A stretch of 64,000 bases of DNA, from positions 3,212-67,211 of IMG/VR virus record IMGVR_UViG_3300044535_000374. One strand, written 5' to 3'. Numbering within the stretch: the stretch's first letter is position 1; the number at the start of each line of letters is the position of its first letter. The DNA comes from a virus. Its lineage: Duplodnaviria > Caudoviricetes. Below, piece by piece: positions 43,751 to 50,718 of this stretch. The notes beneath the pieces were generated by a model, which did no database searches, was not told the DNA's origin, and saw only the letters and a program-made list of their open reading frames with translations. The translations under genes were made by a program, and so were the position numbers.

Positions 43751-44971
43751 CAAATTAAATTTTGACCCTATCTGTATTCCGATGGTATGAAGCGGCCCCA
43801 TATATTTGACATTAGTTGCAAGTCTAAATCTTTTAGACAATGCTATGTCAAATGATGAGCCTAATATGTAGCTTAATTGACTCATAGATGTCAAATCCTT
43901 TGATTTACTTGTATAACTCAGTGGGTTAGACATTAAAAAAACCTCTGGTGTTATAGTCAATCTTTTGCTGTAAACGTATGGCTTCATCCCAAATAACACT
44001 ATAGAAGAAGTCCAGAATTGTTGTTTTACAGCCTCAAATGGGATAGATGTATTAATAATAGTCAAGGCATAGCCATAAATGTATGACTTATGAGACATCA
44101 CATATGATTTACCTAGTATATGTATGATGCCTCCATCATTATATGCCATTGTGTAAGAAGTTGTCCCTACGCCACATAAAGTCCCATTCTGAATATCCAT
44201 CTTAGAATACCTTGTAGATAGGGCAAATTGTCTTAAATTTGAGAAGATTGTCAATGTAGAGCCGTAAGACACGTCTCCTGCCATAGATGCTCTAGAAACG
44301 CCTAAATTTGCCATTAAATTAAAGTCACCTTGAAACTGCTGAACCGCACTCAAATCAGACGAAAAAATCAATGGGGTTTGGCCTGCCTTTGCGGAAGACT
44401 TTTTCTTTTCCTCTTTCTTCTCTTCTTTCTTTTCTTCTTTTTTATCCTCGGATTTACTCTCAGATTTACTTTCAGAGGACTCAGAACTGCTTTCGCTAGA
44501 ACTACCCTCACTCTGAGACGAACTGGAGCTAGAATTACCCTCACTTTGAGACGAAGCTGGTTGGCTAGAAGGTGCAGAAGATGGCGCAGGCGCAGGAGTA
44601 GGAGTTGGAACACTTACACTGCTAGCAGCACTCGCAGCGGCACTTGATGCTGCTGAACTTACTGCTGCTGAAACTGAATTTGTTACCGTTTGCTGTGTTA
44701 ATTGTTGAGTCAGTTGTGTTACTGGACATGGCGCTGAATACTCTGCGTATACTTGACTTACCCAAGTCATTAAAGCTCCTGACCTTACATCTTGAGCTGT
44801 TATATATCTAGACTTACCCATAAACACAATTGTAGTGCCTTGGATTGGCACCACAAATACTGTAACCTTCTTGCTACATGGGTCTATAAATGTACTTGTA
44901 AGTATCTGAGCGTTCACGTTTACGTGAAACAAGAATAAAAGTGAACAGAGTAAGCTAGTTTTTAAATACAT
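43748..44971 (-). CDS. Secreted protein with Ser-rich linker and predicted outer-membrane beta-barrel
   Basis: Sec signal ending VNA-Q; DPC...C domain; S/E/K low-complexity linker; amphipathic beta strands ending IGSKFNL. Confidence 0.6.
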   Translation of the reverse strand: MYLKTSLLCSLLFLFHVNVNAQILTSTFIDPCSKKVTVFVVPIQGTTIVFMGKSRYITAQDVRSGALMTWVSQVYAEYSAPCPVTQLTQQLTQQTVTNSVSAAVSSAASSAAASAASSVSVPTPTPAPAPSSAPSSQPASSQSEGNSSSSSSQSEGSSSESSSESSESKSESKSEDKKEEKKEEKKEEKKKSSAKAGQTPLIFSSDLSAVQQFQGDFNLMANLGVSRASMAGDVSYGSTLTIFSNLRQFALSTRYSKMDIQNGTLCGVGTTSYTMAYNDGGIIHILGKSYVMSHKSYIYGYALTIINTSIPFEAVKQQFWTSSIVLFGMKPYVYSKRLTITPEVFLMSNPLSYTSKSKDLTSMSQLSYILGSSFDIALSKRFRLATNVKYMGPLHTIGIQIGSKFNL

Positions 44972-45671
44972 TCTTTTTAATCATTCTTGATAGGATGCGA
45001 GCACACGCAATATCTAGTGCTTTCTTTGTTGCAGTTCCTATCGTTGACTGATTAAATTTAACTTCACTAAGGTTATCGTCATTCAATAGGCTTGCCTCTC
45101 GTGTAGTTTTAGCTTCCCCCAATCCAGATGCAGCTATAATTTCTCCTGTCTGCGCATCTGTAAATCTTACTTGTAATCCTATTCTTGTGACAACAGTCTC
45201 TTTAATGCCATCTTTTACTCTAATCTCTTCATCTTCTGAAACAGAATAATCATAGCACTCAATCTCAACAAAGTAATGAGCTAGTCTAATCTTCCCTCTT
45301 CCGTCTAGCTTGTCTTGAGAAATTCCAGCTTGAGAGGCCTGAAATTGTTTGACCATTCTGTTCTTAATCTCCGTTTTATCTTCGGTGAAAGTGAAACGAT
45401 TAAGATTTTCAAGGTATTCCATTGAGATGTTCGCAACTCCAAGACCAACCCTCTTTTCTTTAAGTTCAGGATACATCTCGTACATTTCGTCATTGATTCC
45501 GCATTTAAGTATTTGAATTGGTATAGTCGGCCCATCATAGTCCATGTATTGACTGATGTCAATCTTAGTCTCAAAGCTAGCCTTGTAATTCTCTGTCTTA
45601 GTTGTCGCTACTTGAGAGATACCACTAACAGATAGCAACAACAATACAATAATATGAGTCAGTTTTTGCAT
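44955..45671 (-). CDS. CsgG/HfaB-like secretion-channel protein
   Basis: Signal peptide from MQKL (45671); GLGVANI...L...NRF...E, LQVRFTDAQTGEII.ASG.G pattern. Confidence 0.65.
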   Translation of the reverse strand: MQKLTHIIVLLLLSVSGISQVATTKTENYKASFETKIDISQYMDYDGPTIPIQILKCGINDEMYEMYPELKEKRVGLGVANISMEYLENLNRFTFTEDKTEIKNRMVKQFQASQAGISQDKLDGRGKIRLAHYFVEIECYDYSVSEDEEIRVKDGIKETVVTRIGLQVRFTDAQTGEIIAASGLGEAKTTREASLLNDDNLSEVKFNQSTIGTATKKALDIACARILSRMIKKNVFKN

Positions 45672-45688
45672 TTTTTGACTTATGTTTT

Positions 45689-46252
45689 TTACTTGTCTTT
45701 CAATAATCCACATTTCTGACACTCAAGTTCTCCGTCTCCGTCAGAATCTCCCCACTCATGCTCACATTGTCTGTGTGCCTGGTATTCAAACTCTAACTTC
45801 TCCATCTCTTGTTCGTGTTCTTGTTGGTCTCTCTTAAGTTCAAAGTTTTGTCTGTTTTCTGTAACAGCTAAATCTCTAGCTGCAGCAGCTCCTTGAACAA
45901 ATGCATCAGGGATGGTAGGGCCAAATGGCTTGTTAGTTTCTTTCATGTCATTTGTGTGAGACATAGAAACACCATCTTCTTCATCCATCTTCTGTACTAA
46001 CATCTTGTCTTTGTCTGTGTCTGAGAACCAATAGTCTATAATCTTACCATAGCTACCAATAAAGGCACCCAATAATAACATTAATAACTCTTTCCATTCC
46101 CCTGCCATAGAGGCATTGTTAGATACTGCTACAAATATCCCTGCGATAATTAAAATAAACCCACCAAGAACAGCAGCGGTAATGTACCATCTGCGTTCCA
46201 TCATTGCGTTTAATAACTCTTTAAAGCCTGTTGGCTGTTTAGCGTTGTCCAT
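45689..46252 (-). CDS. Inner-membrane protein with two TM helices and a C-terminal Zn ribbon
   Basis: Two hydrophobic helices, KIIDYWFS, CEHEW...CQKC. Confidence 0.65.
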   Translation of the reverse strand: MDNAKQPTGFKELLNAMMERRWYITAAVLGGFILIIAGIFVAVSNNASMAGEWKELLMLLLGAFIGSYGKIIDYWFSDTDKDKMLVQKMDEEDGVSMSHTNDMKETNKPFGPTIPDAFVQGAAAARDLAVTENRQNFELKRDQQEHEQEMEKLEFEYQAHRQCEHEWGDSDGDGELECQKCGLLKDK

Positions 46253-46353
46253 ACGTTATATATTACTTCTTGATTTTGTTTTACTAATTTACTCTTTTTA
46301 ACACCTGAGCGAATACTTCGTTTCGCTTTAGGCTTTGACGTCTTCTTTGCCAT
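46210..46353 (-). CDS. Small basic peptide (47 aa, not in the ORF track)
   Basis: MAKKTSKPKAKRSIRSGVKKSKLVKQNQEV...; ATG 3 nt after the upstream stop. Confidence 0.45.
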   Translation of the reverse strand: MAKKTSKPKAKRSIRSGVKKSKLVKQNQEVIYNVWTTLNSQQALKSY

Positions 46354-46356
46354 ATA

Positions 46357-46656
46357 TTACCATTTAGGAGCCTCTTCCTTAAAATCATCGCCCTCTTTTT
46401 TCTTAGGAGTTGCAGCTGGCTTTGCAGGTTCTGACGCCTTTTCTTTAATGATAACAGTCTTACCACCTCCTGCAGCTTGTTGTTGCGTTTGATTGATATT
46501 AATGACTGGAGCCGCTGTTTGTGTTGGGGTTTCTTTCTCATCTCCTCCTGTTAATTTTGTTGTAATCCAACCACCCACTCCTAGAGTGATTGTGCTAATG
46601 AATCCTATGATAACATTTTTCATAGAACTACCTGTGCTTTCTTGTTCTTCTGCCAT
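46357..46656 (-). CDS. Single-pass membrane protein with a Pro/Gln-rich tail
   Basis: TM segment VIIGFISTITLGVGGWI; APVININ.TQQQ. Confidence 0.65.
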   Translation of the reverse strand: MAEEQESTGSSMKNVIIGFISTITLGVGGWITTKLTGGDEKETPTQTAAPVININQTQQQAAGGGKTVIIKEKASEPAKPAATPKKKEGDDFKEEAPKW

Positions 46657-46662
46657 TGTATT

Positions 46663-47016
46663 TTATTTTATAATTATTGGGGTTCTAGTTTCTGAGCCAT
46701 TTATATTCATCAAAATTAAGTCATATGTTCCACTTGATAATCCAGTTAGGTTATCCTGCTTTATTAATAAGCCATCTATTGAGCTTACCCCATAAGATTT
46801 GTATACTTTTCCACTCATATCCTTGATTGTAACATTATACTTGATAGATGGTTGTAGGTTAAAACTCATTGTAATTTGACCTAATGTAGGTACAGGAGAC
46901 ACATTAACATACCCCTGTTTTTCAGGTGTTTTAGCTTGTTGCTCTGGATAATATTGTATTTTTTTGCACGATACTACAACCAAAGCCAAGCACATGATGA
47001 TACTGATTCTTTTCAT
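46663..47016 (-). CDS. Lipoprotein consisting of a T9SS type A C-terminal sorting-like domain
   Basis: Lipobox VVVSC; VSPVP (YPNP-like), IKDMSGK, LTGLSSGTY.L, terminal IIIK. Confidence 0.7.
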   Translation of the reverse strand: MKRISIIMCLALVVVSCKKIQYYPEQQAKTPEKQGYVNVSPVPTLGQITMSFNLQPSIKYNVTIKDMSGKVYKSYGVSSIDGLLIKQDNLTGLSSGTYDLILMNINGSETRTPIIIK

Positions 47017-48662
47017 TATTTAAAATTATTTATACCGATTAAACGAATCTGTGCAGTGTTTAACTTAATCCCAACTTGATTACCTCTGTTATCAGACGCA
47101 TCCATGTTATCTGTTACCCATATATGTGTATTTAGGTCAGTTCCAGGAGCCAATGATTTAAATCTAATCGTGAAAGGAGTGATATTACCAGTAATACCCT
47201 CTTTCAATGTTTTATCTATTCCACCAAACTTAACATAGCCATTATCGTTTGTATAGAAGTTTAACCATGATGGGTTTGTATTAGACTTTATCTCTTGCAA
47301 CTGAATTTTAGTTGCATCATAAGAAAACTCAAACTGAAGCCCACATATGCTTAACCCATCTGTGTTTATACTTACAGGGATAGATATATTGTCAGATTCA
47401 ACTACAGCATTTTCTAAACTAACAGATACTGCCTTTTTTGCAATTGGAGTATTTACCAATGAGAATGATTGTATTGTCCCATCTGTGGCAACCACCTGTG
47501 AGCTATGGCTTCTATTAATATCACCTGCAATTAGGTAGTTTAAATCTAATACTTGATTGGTAGTAGTAGTACGGAAATAGATAAAATTCTGAACTGGTAA
47601 AGTATCTTTACTAAAGTCAGCTCTTTTATACGTGTATACATTAGGAACCATTGTCAGTGTGTTAGCCACATGAGCTAATATCAAGTATGGGTCGGCAGCA
47701 TCAAAAGACCCATTATAGTTAGCATCAGCAGCTAGCCAAGCAGCACCTGTTTTTAGGTTAGTTTTATTAAAAGTACCATTTAGGTTAACAGAACCAAACT
47801 CATTTAAGGCGGCTGTAGCATCTGATACCGTAATAGCATTTTTAGCTATACTAGCGATACTATCTATACCAACTGATACTTTGTATGTTCTATTTGATGC
47901 AAGCTCCGTAGAAGCTTTAAAAACACCGTTTACATCAGGGTATAATAAAGTAGATATTCCTGAAGCGGAGTCGGTAAACTTGATATTAGTCTGAACAGAA
48001 GGACTTTTATATATATTACCAGTAACCAAAGTATTAGCATTAGCGTCTAGTGTTATGAACGTGCTTTTAGGTAGAGGCATATACGTATTAATATAAGCAC
48101 CATCTGATTTCCAGCCAGATACAAAGTTCATATACAAACTATCATAAGCTGTTCCAGCTGTAGTTGCATTTACTCTAATACGTATCCTGATATATTTCCC
48201 ATTACGTAGATTGCTATTTGAAGTAACTGTAGTATAGATTCTCTGGATAGCATTATTGCTAGTTGCTGAATACGTATAGTTAGCATAGTTATAGTTCTGT
48301 GAACCATTTGTTGTTGTGTTTTGAGCTGTTCTTTGATAGGTAAAGCCTGGATGGAAGTTATTCTGAATACTCATTGTAGCACCTGTAGGCATAGCACTGC
48401 TGTCTCCACTAAAACTAGTTACACCTAATATTGTAAATGTTCTATAGTTATACTGAAAGTCAAAGTATAGCGTTCTGGTAGAAGATAGTTCCTCTTTATA
48501 CATAACCACCATATCAACAGTGTCCCCCTTTAATATAGACGTGTCCTTTATATTCTTGGTTATATTAGACTTTTCTAAATATATTGTAGGAATCTGCGCA
48601 TTTGTCACAAATATTCCAAAAATAGTGACAAGACTAAGGATTAATTTTCTCAATGAGTTCAT
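47016..48662 (-). CDS. Secreted cohesin-like / dockerin-like multidomain protein
   Basis: Signal ending TNA-Q; ITVSDA, ADANYNGSFDAAD and GDINRSHS EF-hand-like loops; C-terminal IPVSI...GLQFEFSYD..K cohesin-like domain. Confidence 0.65.
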   Translation of the reverse strand: MNSLRKLILSLVTIFGIFVTNAQIPTIYLEKSNITKNIKDTSILKGDTVDMVVMYKEELSSTRTLYFDFQYNYRTFTILGVTSFSGDSSAMPTGATMSIQNNFHPGFTYQRTAQNTTTNGSQNYNYANYTYSATSNNAIQRIYTTVTSNSNLRNGKYIRIRIRVNATTAGTAYDSLYMNFVSGWKSDGAYINTYMPLPKSTFITLDANANTLVTGNIYKSPSVQTNIKFTDSASGISTLLYPDVNGVFKASTELASNRTYKVSVGIDSIASIAKNAITVSDATAALNEFGSVNLNGTFNKTNLKTGAAWLAADANYNGSFDAADPYLILAHVANTLTMVPNVYTYKRADFSKDTLPVQNFIYFRTTTTNQVLDLNYLIAGDINRSHSSQVVATDGTIQSFSLVNTPIAKKAVSVSLENAVVESDNISIPVSINTDGLSICGLQFEFSYDATKIQLQEIKSNTNPSWLNFYTNDNGYVKFGGIDKTLKEGITGNITPFTIRFKSLAPGTDLNTHIWVTDNMDASDNRGNQVGIKLNTAQIRLIGINNFK

Positions 48663-49098
48663 AGCAAGCCTTTTTGATTGCAGTTGTTAAATTTTGTTGA
48701 TTGAACTTGCCGTCTGTTCCGACAAGTATTGTTGATGTTGACACCTCAGATGCGCTACCTTCTACCAAGATTGGCTTGCTTTTACTTCCGTCTTTGGAAA
48801 TATAACCCTTGATTCTTATCACGACATCTGTATTGTCTTTATGGAATACTGATAGATTGCTTTTAGTCTTCACTACATCCATATAAATCAACTCGGCAAA
48901 GATAATATTTTTAGATTTTGGGTTAATTGAGTATCCTTTCTCTTGGATTATCTCTTCAATGATATTAGCTACACCAAATTCTATCTTTCTATTACCTACC
49001 AAATCACCTAATTTAATGCTGTTTTGGACAGATATAGTCACATCTTGAGCCATACTAGATGTGCTCAATATTAACAATAAATATAATAAGTACTTCAT
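48634..49098 (-). CDS. Secreted CsgG-like paralogue (short)
   Basis: Signal ending SMA-Q; shares GVANI and FNQ....A.KKA motifs with 44955-45671. Confidence 0.55.
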   Translation of the reverse strand: MKYLLYLLLILSTSSMAQDVTISVQNSIKLGDLVGNRKIEFGVANIIEEIIQEKGYSINPKSKNIIFAELIYMDVVKTKSNLSVFHKDNTDVVIRIKGYISKDGSKSKPILVEGSASEVSTSTILVGTDGKFNQQNLTTAIKKACYELIEKINP

Positions 49099-49102
49099 GA
49101 TG

Positions 49103-49110
49103 CAAAGGTA
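49103..49110 (-). promoter_or_regulatory. -7 promoter TACCTTTG of the envelope operon (probably leaderless)
   Basis: 4 nt before ATG 49098, directly after a terminator. Confidence 0.6.
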
Positions 49111-49117
49111 CTAAAAT

Positions 49118-49144
49118 AAAAAAGCCCTGTAGAAACAGGGCTCG
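49118..49144 (-). terminator. Rho-independent terminator identical to 14191-14217
   Basis: AGCCCTGT-TTCT-ACAGGGCT followed by T-run. Confidence 0.8.
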
Positions 49145-49171
49145 GAAATAACCATATGTATGTCAGTCGTA

Positions 49172-49630
49172 CTAGCTCATAGGTACAACAGTTGCTTCTT
49201 CAACTGCTGCAGTAGGTTCAGCTTTAGCCTCTTCCTTTTTCCCTAATAATACCTCAAGTAAGATTGGGAAATAGTCATCAGTCTCAATACTAAACAATTC
49301 TTCTACCTTTAATTTAGGTACATTAATCGTCTTTTCAATAGACTCAAGTTCTTGGATTCTCTTAATAAGTTCTTCCTGATTTTCAGGAGCCACTACATAA
49401 GAATCACCTTCTTGTTTACCTAAATCCTTAAAGATTTCAAGACGTGCTTCTTCATAAGACTTAACTTCTTCAGCTACAGCCTTGTTTAACTCAGTGTTTA
49501 ACAAGTACTTAGCTCTGATGCTTAGCTTGTGAGATAATACACCTTTGCTTCTTTCGCCAGTCTCTCTGTTAAGTAGACGGCCATTTAATTCTTCAAATAG
49601 TGTTACAATTTGACCTAACGTTAGTTTCAT
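49172..49630 (-). CDS. Helical phage protein (DUF1617-like)
   Basis: 152 aa; LS...KY.L, E.R..I....G pattern common after tail fibre genes. Confidence 0.5.
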   Translation of the reverse strand: MKLTLGQIVTLFEELNGRLLNRETGERSKGVLSHKLSIRAKYLLNTELNKAVAEEVKSYEEARLEIFKDLGKQEGDSYVVAPENQEELIKRIQELESIEKTINVPKLKVEELFSIETDDYFPILLEVLLGKKEEAKAEPTAAVEEATVVPMS

Positions 49631-49649
49631 AGAAATATATATTTGTTTA

Positions 49650-49681
49650 CAAAGTTATAGTACTACAAAGATTGTACCAAA
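49650..49681 (-). promoter_or_regulatory. Promoter TTTG-N20-TAACTTTG
   Basis: -7 at 49650-49657, -33 at 49678-49681. Confidence 0.65.
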
Positions 49682-49758
49682 TTTTTACCACTTTTTATAT
49701 TTTCACATTCAAATACTGCTACAATATGAATGTCAAAAACATATTAACATAGCGTGGA

Positions 49759-50715
49759 TTACACAGGCTCTTCACCACCGCCTCCTCCAAAGTTTCCACC
49801 TGAACAGGTGCTAGCATTAAACAATTCTCCAGATAAATAATTAAAAGGAGTTGGTGTATAAGCAGCTGAACCCACTATATTTAAGGAACCATTTTGGGCA
49901 TTAAGCCAAACGTTTGGAGGTATAGAAGTTAAAGCATATACTCCCGTAGATTCATACTGGCAATTTCTATTATACCTATCAACAGTATAGTAGTAATACC
50001 GTTCTCCAAGAATTATAACTTTTTTAGCAGGGAATCCTCGGTAACCTACTTTGTAAAGAAAGTTTCCAGCATTATCATATATAGAGTAACGAGCAAAATA
50101 TGTTCCTACAAGTATAGAACTAGTTATATAAAACGTATTACTATAAGTACCATTTTGAGCAAATACTTGCCCTCCACCATTGGTGTACAAAGCAAAACCT
50201 TCTACATGCATTGTAGGAGAAGTCGTAAACGTAAAGTAACTATTCTGATACTGAGGACTTTCAGGTAAAGGATAACCTAAGCCCGCATTTTCTGGAAAAC
50301 AAACACCTACCTGACTAATACTATAAAGATTCCATTGGTTATTTCTAAATGAATCTTCTTCCATACAAAACCTACCTACGTATCCATAACTATTTTGTAA
50401 AATAGTTTCGGTAGTTCCTGTAGCAGATGTATAAGTAAAATAACCACCATCAGCTCCAGGTATACTATTTCTAGTTACATCATATTCATAAAATCCAGGT
50501 AAAGGGCCTATAGCACTAGTTAGTGCATCTTGATATTTTATACACCTATTATCTGTGTATATACTCATTGGAAAAGCACTTACATCAATGTAATAATTTG
50601 ACTTTAACCAACCTTTAGTAACTAACCTATTGCTATCAGCAGGAGTTGCACTTAAAGGATATAGTCCCATAAGACGAGCATCAGTCCTAGTAATTATACC
50701 ATTGGTCTCTCTCAT
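49759..50715 (-). CDS. Tail fibre-associated / adhesin-like protein
   Basis: 318 aa, Tyr/Gly/Asn-rich beta composition; follows an S74 fibre gene. Confidence 0.5.
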   Translation of the reverse strand: MRETNGIITRTDARLMGLYPLSATPADSNRLVTKGWLKSNYYIDVSAFPMSIYTDNRCIKYQDALTSAIGPLPGFYEYDVTRNSIPGADGGYFTYTSATGTTETILQNSYGYVGRFCMEEDSFRNNQWNLYSISQVGVCFPENAGLGYPLPESPQYQNSYFTFTTSPTMHVEGFALYTNGGGQVFAQNGTYSNTFYITSSILVGTYFARYSIYDNAGNFLYKVGYRGFPAKKVIILGERYYYYTVDRYNRNCQYESTGVYALTSIPPNVWLNAQNGSLNIVGSAAYTPTPFNYLSGELFNASTCSGGNFGGGGGEEPV

Positions 50716-50718
50716 TAA

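Noticed and set aside
46284-46541. 85 aa alternative-frame ORF in the track
   Set aside because: Overlaps the better-supported 46357-46656 and 46210-46353 frames
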